A stretch of DNA of 64,000 nucleotides from Hyphomicrobiales bacterium (GTDB taxonomy: Bacteria > Pseudomonadota > Alphaproteobacteria > Rhizobiales > NORP267). Numbering within the stretch: position 1 is the stretch's first letter; the number at the start of each line of letters is the position of its first letter. Positions 17,628 to 26,592 of this stretch are shown piece by piece. The notes beneath the pieces are model-generated. The model ran no database searches, was not told the DNA's origin, and saw nothing but the letters and a program-made list of their open reading frames with translations. Made by a program: the position numbers and the translations under genes. The stretch is taken from assembly GCA_021775855.1 (NCBI GenBank), contig JAJFGZ010000002.1, forward strand, positions 5,723-69,722. The letters run 5' to 3'.

Positions 17628-19607
17628 TCAGACAAGGTCCGCGTCGGTAATAATCTCGACCAGCGCCGGGCCATCGTAGGCCAACGCCGCCTTCAGGGCT
17701 GGCTCAATCGCGACTGTCGCCGTGACTTTTGTTCCATGACCGCCGCACAGGCGGGCAAAAGCGGCGAATGACGGGTTGTGCAGGTTGGTTTCCCAGACCG
17801 GCCATTCACCGGCACGTTGTTCTTTCGATATTTTGCCAAGCTCTGAATTGTTGAGCAGGATGTGGGTAATGTCCATGCCGTATTTGACGGCCGTGGTGAA
17901 ATCCATCGGGTATTGACCGAAGCCGCCGTCGCCGGATATCGAGATCACCTTGCGGCCCTTATATTCGTCAAAATCCTGGGTTGCGGCCCAGGCACCCATG
18001 GCGGCTGGGAAACCGAATCCGATGGACCCCAGATATCCGGACATCAAGACCCGCTGGCCTTTTGTTTCGAAATACCGGCCGAATGAATACGTATTGTTGC
18101 CAACGTCCGCCGCGATAATTGCGTCGTCGGGACAAAGCTCACTCAGGTGCTTGAATATGGCAGCGGAATGAATCCCTTGCCCGCGTTCTTCCTGCAACCG
18201 GGAGGTTTTTTCATCGCGCCAGATGCGCCACCGTTCTACCAACTCCTTGATCTGATCGTCGGCGGCTTTTGGCAATGATAGCCGGGGCATGACCGCTTCG
18301 CAGAACGCCCCGATCTCGCCCCAGATTGGCAACTCCACGGGGTGAAACTTGCCAAGCTGCATGCGCTCGAAATCCACCTGGATGATCGGTTTCGAGCGCT
18401 CGATTCCGGTATGATTGGCGAACGACGATCCAAGCGCAATAATCAGATCCGCTTCGTTCATAAACCAACTCGCGACCGGCGTGCCGGATCGGCCCAAAAC
18501 ACCTGCGGCGTTCGGATGGGTGTCTGATATCAGCCCCTTGCCCTTGAACGTGGTCAGGACCGGAGCGCCCAGTTTCTCGGCCAATTCGATCACCGCAATC
18601 CGGGATTCAACCGCGCCGTGGCCAATGATGACGATGGGGCGCTTGGCGCTGTTGATCAATGTTGCTGCGCGGTCGAGATCGTCGGATGCCGGGATCACAA
18701 CGTGCCCACCAACCCGTCCGTCCGGGTTTCCGGCAGCGGCGGCACTCGGTTGGGTCTGGATATCGTCGGGAAAAATAAGGTGTGAGACATCGTGCTCCAG
18801 CAACGCCGTCTTGCAGGCAAGTGACATGAGTTCGGCATGATTGGAGGTGGACAGCACTGGCTGCGAGAACCGGGCAACGGCACCAAAGGCCGCGTGCAGA
18901 TCGATATCCTGGAAAGCGCCCGGACCAAATACCTGCGTTTGGACCTGGCCAGTGAGCGCCAATACCGGCGCGCGGTCGACCTTGGCGTCCCACAACCCGG
19001 TCATCAGGTTGGTGGCGCCCGGCCCGGCGATCGTCAGGCACGCCGCCGGTTTCCCGGTCAGTTTACCGTAGGCCGAGGCCGCGAAAGCCGCCGCGCCCTC
19101 GTGGCGCACGCCGATATAATCGAGCTCGTTATCGTTAGTGCGGCGGCGTATAGCATCCGACAGACCGAGGTTGGAATGCCCGACCATCCCGAAGACGCGC
19201 TTGACCCCCCAGTTGACCATGGTCTCCGCCATGACATCAGTCGTCGTTCGCTCGTGATCGGGTTCAGCCTCCAGCCCGACGAAAATTTCGCCATCACGTA
19301 TTTCGACGGGGTAGAGCTGCTGGCCAGAATCTTCATGACCGCCGGGAGGGGCACCGGTGAGCGGGTGAAAATCCCAGCCGTGCCACGGACACCGTATCCA
19401 GCATTCGCCATCAACACCGGTCTCAATCGAACCTTCGCCAAGCGGACCGCCCTGATGGGGGCAATGGTTGTTCATGGCGGCCCATTTGCCATCAAAATGC
19501 GACAGGCAGATCGATACGGTTCGTGCGGTCACGGTTTTGACCCGACCTTCCGGCAAGTCATCTTTGTGCCCGACACTTATCCATTCAATTTTCTTATCTA
19601 CCATCAT
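17628..19607 (-). CDS. N-terminal Rieske [2Fe-2S] domain fused to a thiamine-diphosphate enzyme (pyruvate oxidase/acetolactate synthase family)
   Basis: The Rieske motif CPH-x21-CPWH is encoded at 19380-19463. A TPP PYR domain follows (GVKRVFGMVGHSNLGLSDAI). The ThDP motif GDGGFGQYPMDFTTAVKYGMDITHILLNN is also present. Start is at ATG 19607 or 19604, after AGGGAAG. The track start at 19634 is a TTG. Confidence 0.85.
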   Translation of the reverse strand: MMVDKKIEWISVGHKDDLPEGRVKTVTARTVSICLSHFDGKWAAMNNHCPHQGGPLGEGSIETGVDGECWIRCPWHGWDFHPLTGAPPGGHEDSGQQLYPVEIRDGEIFVGLEAEPDHERTTTDVMAETMVNWGVKRVFGMVGHSNLGLSDAIRRRTNDNELDYIGVRHEGAAAFAASAYGKLTGKPAACLTIAGPGATNLMTGLWDAKVDRAPVLALTGQVQTQVFGPGAFQDIDLHAAFGAVARFSQPVLSTSNHAELMSLACKTALLEHDVSHLIFPDDIQTQPSAAAAGNPDGRVGGHVVIPASDDLDRAATLINSAKRPIVIIGHGAVESRIAVIELAEKLGAPVLTTFKGKGLISDTHPNAAGVLGRSGTPVASWFMNEADLIIALGSSFANHTGIERSKPIIQVDFERMQLGKFHPVELPIWGEIGAFCEAVMPRLSLPKAADDQIKELVERWRIWRDEKTSRLQEERGQGIHSAAIFKHLSELCPDDAIIAADVGNNTYSFGRYFETKGQRVLMSGYLGSIGFGFPAAMGAWAATQDFDEYKGRKVISISGDGGFGQYPMDFTTAVKYGMDITHILLNNSELGKISKEQRAGEWPVWETNLHNPSFAAFARLCGGHGTKVTATVAIEPALKAALAYDGPALVEIITDADLV

Positions 19608-19646
19608 CTTCCCTATCCCAGCATTGTCCCGCAACCAGCTACAGCT

Positions 19647-21257
19647 TTACGCGACGCCGCCGAACTGAATGCCGGACAATTCGGCCATGTCTTTTTTCCA
19701 GGTCGTCAAATCATCCGCATTGAAATTCGACAGATGATCGTGGCCGCACGCGCGCGCCATAACCTGCATCAGTTCGACGGAGGCTTCGAAAAAATTCTTG
19801 AGCTGGATTGCGGATTTTTCGACAACCAGGCGGCTGATCAGATGCGGTTTTTGCGACGCGATCCCGACCGGGCAATTATTGGTGTGGCAAGCCCGCATGG
19901 CGATGCAGCCGATCGCCTGCATCGCGGAATTGGAAACCGCGACCGCGTCGGCACCGAGCGCCATGGCCTTGATAAAATCGGCCGGTTTCCGCAACCCCCC
20001 GGTAATGACCAAGGTGATATTTCCGGGGCCATTCGTATCCAGATGCTGCCTTGCGCGGGCAAGGGCGGGGATCGTCGGCACCGATATATTGTCGCGAAAA
20101 ATAATCGGCGCCGCGCCAGTGCCACCACCGCGCCCGTCGAGGATGATGTAGTTGACACCGACCTCCAGTGCCGCGTCGATATCATTCTCGATATGCTGCG
20201 CGGATAACTTATACCCGATGGGGATACCCCCAGTGCGGTCGCGCACCTCGTCGGCAAAGTCCTTGATCTGGCTGACTTCGGTCCAGTCAGGAAAACGCGG
20301 TGGGGATATTGCGTCTTCGCCTTCGTTCAATCCGCGGACAGCAGCGATCTTGCCTTTGACCTTGGGACCCGGCAGATGCCCGCCGGTTCCGGTTTTGGCG
20401 CCCTGCCCACCCTTGAAATGGAACGCCTGGACTTTGGCCAACTTGTCCCAGTCGAACCCGAAGCGGGCAGATGCCAGTTCATAAAAATACCGGGAATTGG
20501 CCTGCTGCTCCTCGGGCAACATGCCGCCTTCGCCGGAGCAGATCCCGGTTCCTGCCAATTCGGCGCCGCGCGCCAGCGCCACCTTGGCTGGTTCCGAAAG
20601 CGCGCCGAAGCTCATGTCGGACACAAAAAGCGGGATATCGAGCTTCAGCGGTTTTTGCGCGTTGGGGCCGATCACGACATCGGTCGCGACTGCATCATTG
20701 TCTAGTAGAGGTGGAGTGGCAAGCTGTGCCGTGACGATCTGGATATCGTCCCAGTTGGGTAATTCGCCGCGTGGTACCCCCATGGCGTCGACCTTGCCGT
20801 GGTGACCGGTCTTGGATAGTCCGTCACGGGCGTATTGTTGGATCAGGCCGTTATAGGGCTCTTCCTCGGTCCCGTGGGAGGTGTCGGCGTAGAGGCCCAG
20901 ATAATCGTCGCGCTGGAACGGTTGAGGGTTTGCCTCGGCCCAGACGCCTATTTCATCTTCGTCGACGAGAATTTCACCCTTCTCGATCCACGACAAAAAT
21001 TTTGGCAACACCTCTTCATTGGCATATTCGGACACGCCGGTATCGAGGCGGTAATCCCAGTAATGCACGCCACAAATCAGGTTGTTGCCACGTACGAAAC
21101 CGTCTGACATGAGTGCACCGCGGTGCAGGCAACGTCCATAAAATACGGACACCTCTTCGTCGATCCGGACAACGACGAGGTCAACCTCGCCGACAAGCGC
21201 GTATTCCGGCTTCCGGTCTTTAAGATCATCAAATTTTGCAACTGACACTTTATTCAT
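19647..21257 (-). CDS. N-terminal Rieske [2Fe-2S] domain fused to a glutamate-synthase-type FMN/Fe-S domain (GltB domain 2-like)
   Basis: The Rieske motif CLH-x16-CGVH is encoded at 21063-21131. The GltS FMN-domain motifs are FHFKGGQGAKTGTGGHLPG and LDGRGGGTGAAP. The Cys cluster is C-x5-C-x4-C (GCIAMRACHTNNCPVGIASQ). Confidence 0.85.
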   Translation of the reverse strand: MNKVSVAKFDDLKDRKPEYALVGEVDLVVVRIDEEVSVFYGRCLHRGALMSDGFVRGNNLICGVHYWDYRLDTGVSEYANEEVLPKFLSWIEKGEILVDEDEIGVWAEANPQPFQRDDYLGLYADTSHGTEEEPYNGLIQQYARDGLSKTGHHGKVDAMGVPRGELPNWDDIQIVTAQLATPPLLDNDAVATDVVIGPNAQKPLKLDIPLFVSDMSFGALSEPAKVALARGAELAGTGICSGEGGMLPEEQQANSRYFYELASARFGFDWDKLAKVQAFHFKGGQGAKTGTGGHLPGPKVKGKIAAVRGLNEGEDAISPPRFPDWTEVSQIKDFADEVRDRTGGIPIGYKLSAQHIENDIDAALEVGVNYIILDGRGGGTGAAPIIFRDNISVPTIPALARARQHLDTNGPGNITLVITGGLRKPADFIKAMALGADAVAVSNSAMQAIGCIAMRACHTNNCPVGIASQKPHLISRLVVEKSAIQLKNFFEASVELMQVMARACGHDHLSNFNADDLTTWKKDMAELSGIQFGGVA

Positions 21258-21278
21258 TCTTGTATCCGCTTTCCCGTA

Positions 21279-22559
21279 TTATTCATTGATTAAAACTCCC
21301 ATATCCTCGACGGGAATCGTGATCAGAGGTTTTGCCGAGGATTCAACTTTCCTAGTCTCCGGGCAGTCGCCCATTAAGCGGACTTTCTCGGCGTACCATT
21401 TGGCGCCAGGTACAGCCGTCATGCCATGGAGCAAGGCGCTGATCCAAACCGCGTTGATGGCAATATTGATGACTTGGTCGGAAAACACCATCCCGATATC
21501 TTTCATGACCAGAAGCGCGAACAGGGCGGTTGCCAATCCGCGCGGGCCGAACCATCCGAAGAATAAACGGGTTACCGGAGCAGAATCGGTCTCGATCAGG
21601 GATATCCAGATCGCAACAGGGCGTACAACGAACAGACTGACCAGGATAAGCGCCAGAGTTCCGGGCGTGAGTTCCTGCAAAGCATCGGGGACAAGCGCCA
21701 AGCCAAGCAGGAAAAAAGCGCACCATGTGAGCATCTGTCCTTCGCTCTCCACAAACTCAAAAATAAACCGACACCGGCCGCGCACCATATTACCGAAGCA
21801 TAGCCCAGCGACAAAGGCAGATATAAATCCGTTGCCGCCAATCAAAGTTGCCCCGATATAGGCGATGCCGGCCAAGGCCAGCGCACCGATGCCTTCATAA
21901 ATTTCCGATGTAAATTGGCTGTCTTTAGAGATCAGCAGCAATTTTCCGCCAAGCAGGCCCACTGAGATTCCGGCGAGTGGGCCAAGCAGCAATTGTTGTG
22001 CACCAAACAAGGCCCAATCCAACGAGTCGTTGCTCATCGCCATGGCGGTCAAGCTCGCAAACAGCAGCACCGCTGGCAAGGCCAATCCGTCATTTAGACC
22101 ACTCTCGACAGTCAGCGCACGGCGGACCCGTTCGGGAACAATCGGGTTGGTTACGACCGCCTGCCCCAGCGCGGCATCAGTTGGCGCGAGAATGGCTGCG
22201 ATAAGTGCAACACCCACCAAAGGCCATCCCGGCAAAAACAGAATTGCAGCCAGGGTCCCCAATGCCACCGAGATCGGGAGCCCTATGGCGAGCATTCGCA
22301 CCGGCCATACGTGGCGCCTGCGCAGAGCATCCAGGTCGATCTGCGCGGCATCAAGGAACAGCAAGACGATCAGCGTGATCTCCGCAACCAGGTGGAGTCC
22401 CGCCTCCGCCTCCTCAGCTGGCAGAATATCCGTTAGAGAGACGAAATACCCGAGCAGGAGGAAAATCATCGGTGCCGTGACAATGGTGCTGGAAAGACGT
22501 TTCGCGATCATCGCAAAACCCAGTGTAAAAACACATAAAATTAGTATACCCAATAGCAT
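21279..22559 (-). CDS. Cation:proton antiporter (CPA1 / Na+/H+ exchanger family)
   Basis: 426-aa polytopic protein with the exchanger motif TVESGLNDGLALP. A gap of only 21 nt separates it from the downstream Rieske-GltS gene on the same strand. Confidence 0.85.
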   Translation of the reverse strand: MLLGILILCVFTLGFAMIAKRLSSTIVTAPMIFLLLGYFVSLTDILPAEEAEAGLHLVAEITLIVLLFLDAAQIDLDALRRRHVWPVRMLAIGLPISVALGTLAAILFLPGWPLVGVALIAAILAPTDAALGQAVVTNPIVPERVRRALTVESGLNDGLALPAVLLFASLTAMAMSNDSLDWALFGAQQLLLGPLAGISVGLLGGKLLLISKDSQFTSEIYEGIGALALAGIAYIGATLIGGNGFISAFVAGLCFGNMVRGRCRFIFEFVESEGQMLTWCAFFLLGLALVPDALQELTPGTLALILVSLFVVRPVAIWISLIETDSAPVTRLFFGWFGPRGLATALFALLVMKDIGMVFSDQVINIAINAVWISALLHGMTAVPGAKWYAEKVRLMGDCPETRKVESSAKPLITIPVEDMGVLINE

Positions 22560-22810
22560 TCAAAATTCTCTTTTTCGGGTGATTTGACAGGCTTTATTAT
22601 CTGAGTTCCACTTGCTAAAAATTCATCAAAGCGGGCTTCTTCCAATGTCTACCCACACGTATACGGAGGCCACGAAGTTGAGCCCGTTCATGATCCTATC
22701 AACGAACCTAACAAGAACAGGGGTTCCGGCATAATATCGATTGACTTTCGCTTCGATAGTTTCAGGCTATAGAAGGGAAAGGCAAAGAGGCGGAACCCGG
22801 AGCTCAGCGC

Positions 22811-23701
22811 ATGGAAATGCATCAGATACGCTATTTCCTGATGGTATCGAAGACACTCAATTTCACGCGCGCGGCTGAGCAATGTCACGTTGCCCAGCCT
22901 TCCCTGACGCGCGCCATCAAAAAACTCGAAGATGAACTTGGTGGCGAATTATTCCGCCGCGAGGGGCGCCGGACCCATTTGACCGATCTTGGCAACGCGA
23001 TGCTACCTCTGCTCACGCAGAGCTACGAATTTGCAAAAGCTGCCAAAGAACAGGCGGAAAGCCATGGCAAATCCGAGACCGGGCAATTGCGACTGGGCCT
23101 CGCCGAAGGCGTCGATATCCGCATCCTGATGCCGGCCATGAACGAAATAGGCCGCACGCTGCCAGAACTGGAATTCCAGGTCATTCGCGGGACCGCGTCG
23201 GACATCGAGAGAAGCCTGGAAGACGGTCAAATCGAAGTTGCAATAACAGCAAGTGAAGCCCAAGGCTGGGAGCGGATCAATCACTGGCTGTTATTTTCAG
23301 AAGAATTCCACGTCGCGATCAATTCGGATCACCGTTTAGCCAGCAAAAGCGAATTCAAGCTCAACGATTTTTCCGACCAGAGTGTTTTGAAATGCAAATA
23401 TTGTGAATATTCAAAAGCTTTCCCGATGCTGTTGAACGATCAGGATATTTCCACCGGGGCCATCCATGAAGTCACATCAGTCCCCGACCTTGAGATCATG
23501 CTGGCTGCAAATTTTGGGCTGGGGATCGTGCCGGAAAGTATGGAATTGGGCGAGACAGGCGTCGTGAAACTGCCGATTGAGGATGCCGGACTCAAACGTT
23601 CGCTGGAATTGCTGGCGGTTGCCGGACGGCAATATTCCAGGCCGGCGGCGCTTCTCATCGGGCTGCTGCGCGCGACAGATTGGTCGTCCCCCGAGGCGTG
23701 A
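22811..23701 (+). CDS. LysR-family transcriptional regulator
   Basis: The N-terminal HTH is MEMHQIRYFLMVSKTLNFTRAAEQCHVAQPSLTRAIKKLEDELG. It is divergent from the antiporter/Rieske operon. Confidence 0.9.
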   Translation: MEMHQIRYFLMVSKTLNFTRAAEQCHVAQPSLTRAIKKLEDELGGELFRREGRRTHLTDLGNAMLPLLTQSYEFAKAAKEQAESHGKSETGQLRLGLAEGVDIRILMPAMNEIGRTLPELEFQVIRGTASDIERSLEDGQIEVAITASEAQGWERINHWLLFSEEFHVAINSDHRLASKSEFKLNDFSDQSVLKCKYCEYSKAFPMLLNDQDISTGAIHEVTSVPDLEIMLAANFGLGIVPESMELGETGVVKLPIEDAGLKRSLELLAVAGRQYSRPAALLIGLLRATDWSSPEA

Positions 23702-23715
23702 TCCAGGTTGCTTTG

Positions 23716-25602
23716 TTATTTTCGTCGTGAGCTAGAGCCTGTATCCTCTTTTTCCTCATTCTCAACTTCTTTTGGCACGTAGTCGACGGAACCTTTTGGT
23801 GGAAAGTCAAGGGTCGACTGCAGGTCCTCGCGTTGTTGCGCCGGCATAAATGGGAAAGGCAATTCTCCAGCCTCCCGCCAGGCCTCAACCTGCGCCTCGG
23901 CAGCGGCCGTCCGGTCTTCTTCCGGGCCAGCATCGCGCGACACATAATTCATGCGAACCGGCACGGCAAGCCGGGTGCCAGCGCTTTCGATCGTCTCCAA
24001 TGTGCGCATGTAAATGTCCTCCCGGACCGCGGCATATTCGCCCCAGTCCAAAGTATCCACGTAGGCAATAAGCTGGATTTCGAGAGAACTTTCACCCAAA
24101 CCAACCAGGGTCAAACGCGGCCATTCGACCTTTGGATGGGCAAACAACATCTCTCGTAGTTTGGCCAGAACAAAGCGGAGCTGATCGGTGCTGGTATCCA
24201 GGCGAAGACCAAAATTCCCACGCAGGAGAATATATTTCATATCGCTGTAGTTGATCAGTTGGAAATCTGCGAATTGCGAGTTCGGCAACGAAATCATGTT
24301 GCCGTCCCACTGCCTGATGCGCGTCGACCGCAGACCGATCTCCTCGACATTTCCCATGACGTCCTCGAACTGGCAGAAGTCGCCGACCCGGACTGGCTTG
24401 TCGAGATACAATGTTACGCCAGCAATCAGGTTTTCGAGTGTTGGTCGCGCTGCAAGAGCGCCTGCAAGACCACCAACACCCAAACTTCCGATCACCGCTT
24501 CGATGGGCACACCCAACTGACTGGCGCCAATGGTCAGAAAAATTAAAACAGCAATCCAGGCGATCATGTTTACGGTGATCGAAATGAGGTGCCCGTCGAT
24601 CTTTCTAGGATCGATTTTTCGGGAAGCGATGATCGTCTGCGCGATCGCATTGCCCAAATTCAAAATCGCAACAGCGCCAAGCAGTTGGATAAAGATAAAA
24701 AAACTGAAGCTGGTAACCGCGTAGACAGCACCGATGAGAATGATCTGTGCTTCCAGGAGGAACAGTACGAAATAGGTCAGACCTACGCCCCCGAGAGCCA
24801 GGACAAAGCGTTGCCAATATCGATGATTCCCATCGCGGGAGCGGGAATAGCGGTGGGCACTGGTCAACGCCATTCCCCAGATCCCAACAACCAGGAAAGT
24901 GGCAAACCATTTCCACACAGCCTGATCAAGAATGGTTTTCTTGGCCCATTCAGGTAGTTGTTCGATCCAGGTGCGGTATATCATGGGACCCGGCGCAACG
25001 GAGAATAGCCTGTACAACCCTTTCATGGATCGCGGTTGGGGCGTCACGCCGGCGGTCAACGCATACAATACGCGAAGGTGGGTTATGGTCCCTGTGGAAA
25101 ACAGAAACTCGCCTTCGCGGGGGCCGCTTTCCGTTTCAGTGATTATGACGTAGGTGCCGGGAATCCGGTAAATAATCGGCCCGCCTCCCGCCGCTGCCCT
25201 CAACTCATCGACACTTGGGATATCGTCATACGCGGGTAGCACGGCGTGATCGAGAACCTCGTTCAGCAGGACCGCGGCTTCGGCCGCCAGCCTTATTGCG
25301 TCAGCGGGCGGTAATTGGCTTTCGTCCAGAGTCCGAAGACCGCGGTATTGTGCAGCAGTGCGATGGGGAGCAGGCACATCGGGAGACTCATAAAACGCGC
25401 GGTAGGCAGCTTCCATATTCTCCCGAAAGCTTTGCAATGTCGCGCGCGGGCTGGACGTATCCGGCGGCGATAAGGGACTAGGTTCATCTTCCGTCGCCAA
25501 AACTGGCGCGGAAATAACGAGTATCAGGAAAATCAGAACTGCGCGCAGCGACGAAAGCCAATTCCCGGACGTGGGCAAATATCTCCAAAAATTCCCGGAC
25601 AT
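23716..25602 (-). CDS. Mechanosensitive ion channel (MscS family) with a large N-terminal periplasmic region
   Basis: A signal-like N-terminus and several TM helices are present. The MscS beta-domain motif is PVRVGDFCQFEDVMGNVEEIGLRSTRIRQWDGNMISLPNSQF. Confidence 0.85.
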   Translation of the reverse strand: MSGNFWRYLPTSGNWLSSLRAVLIFLILVISAPVLATEDEPSPLSPPDTSSPRATLQSFRENMEAAYRAFYESPDVPAPHRTAAQYRGLRTLDESQLPPADAIRLAAEAAVLLNEVLDHAVLPAYDDIPSVDELRAAAGGGPIIYRIPGTYVIITETESGPREGEFLFSTGTITHLRVLYALTAGVTPQPRSMKGLYRLFSVAPGPMIYRTWIEQLPEWAKKTILDQAVWKWFATFLVVGIWGMALTSAHRYSRSRDGNHRYWQRFVLALGGVGLTYFVLFLLEAQIILIGAVYAVTSFSFFIFIQLLGAVAILNLGNAIAQTIIASRKIDPRKIDGHLISITVNMIAWIAVLIFLTIGASQLGVPIEAVIGSLGVGGLAGALAARPTLENLIAGVTLYLDKPVRVGDFCQFEDVMGNVEEIGLRSTRIRQWDGNMISLPNSQFADFQLINYSDMKYILLRGNFGLRLDTSTDQLRFVLAKLREMLFAHPKVEWPRLTLVGLGESSLEIQLIAYVDTLDWGEYAAVREDIYMRTLETIESAGTRLAVPVRMNYVSRDAGPEEDRTAAAEAQVEAWREAGELPFPFMPAQQREDLQSTLDFPPKGSVDYVPKEVENEEKEDTGSSSRRK

Positions 25603-25668
25603 GAATGCGCCTCCCCTTTGCGCGATACGTCTATGACCTGACTGGGTAATCTAGCATGACTTATTGCG

Positions 25669-26427
25669 TCAGGCACGCGCCGCTTTAAGCGCGGCGATAA
25701 CATCTTCAGGGGGCATGCGTTTGCGAAAATCCGGGCTTGTGAAGGCGTCCAGGACGGTCCCGTCGGAAGCGATGACATAGGTCGCCGGGATCGGCAGGAA
25801 AATACCGTGGTTGCCCTGAAATGAGGCCAGGTCGATATCGTAGGCAAGGTACGTCAGGCGGGCCTCCTCACCGATCGAGATCATCAATCCGTTGGACAGC
25901 GCGTAACCATTGTCAATATCGCAGAGCACCGGAAAGGGAAGCGTGTATTTCTCCTTGATGCCGGGTGCCGATACATTCTTCTCCGGAGTTATAGAGACGA
26001 TTTCACAGCCCAACGCCTTCACCTGATCATAAATCTCTATAAGCGATAACAATTCAAGCGCGCAATACCTGCACCAGCGCCCGCGGTTAAAACTCAAGAG
26101 CAGCGGGCCGGATGCAAGCAGGTCGCTTGAGTTGATCAGCTGTCCGTCGGTATCGGGCAAAAGAAACGGCGGTAGGACAGCTCCCTTGCCCAACGCACCC
26201 TCGCCCGCACCTCCAAGAATCAACCGCTTGACCAGTCGATCATAATCGTCGGCCAACTCTGGGTATTTGGCTTGAATTTTTTGCGTAAACGCCGCGAGCT
26301 CGCCAGAAAGCTTTTCACTCAGGCTGTGGATCGCCTCGGTATTCGGTTCAATCGTAGGCGGTCTATCAGGCATTGTAAGCCGAGCTTTAATCAGTTTCAG
26401 ACGTTCGAGTATATTGCAGAATTCCAT
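25669..26427 (-). CDS. Peroxiredoxin-like / AhpC-TSA (thioredoxin-fold) family protein
   Basis: The redoxin core contains a CxxC (FNRGRWCRYCALELLSL), and an extra helical region of about 70 aa sits at the N-terminus. Confidence 0.7.
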   Translation of the reverse strand: MEFCNILERLKLIKARLTMPDRPPTIEPNTEAIHSLSEKLSGELAAFTQKIQAKYPELADDYDRLVKRLILGGAGEGALGKGAVLPPFLLPDTDGQLINSSDLLASGPLLLSFNRGRWCRYCALELLSLIEIYDQVKALGCEIVSITPEKNVSAPGIKEKYTLPFPVLCDIDNGYALSNGLMISIGEEARLTYLAYDIDLASFQGNHGIFLPIPATYVIASDGTVLDAFTSPDFRKRMPPEDVIAALKAARA

Positions 26428-26500
26428 AGTTTGTGACTATGAAAACCATCTACAGCGTTCACCGTGGTTCGCGGCAAATTTCCATACAATCTGAAATCTG

Positions 26501-26577
26501 TGGCGACCCCGGCAGGATTCGAACCTGCGACCTGCGGATTAGAAGTCCGCTGCTCTATCCATCTGAGCTACGGGGTC
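26501..26577 (-). tRNA. tRNA-Arg (anticodon UCU)
   Basis: The minus strand reads GACCCCGTAGCTCAGATGGATAGAGCAGCGGACTTCTAATCCGCAGGTCGCAGGTTCGAATCCTGCCGGGGTCGCCA. It has a 7-bp acceptor stem, anticodon loop CTTCTAA, a GTTCGAATC T-loop and an encoded CCA. Confidence 0.9.
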
Positions 26578-26592
26578 GGACCGGTTCACCGG

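Noticed and set aside
18837-20207. 456-aa plus-strand ORF
   Set aside because: It is antisense across the junction of the Rieske-ThDP and Rieske-GltS genes. It spans their intergenic gap in one frame, has Arg/Gly/Pro-rich low-information sequence and shows no motifs. Both minus-strand genes have unmistakable cofactor motifs.
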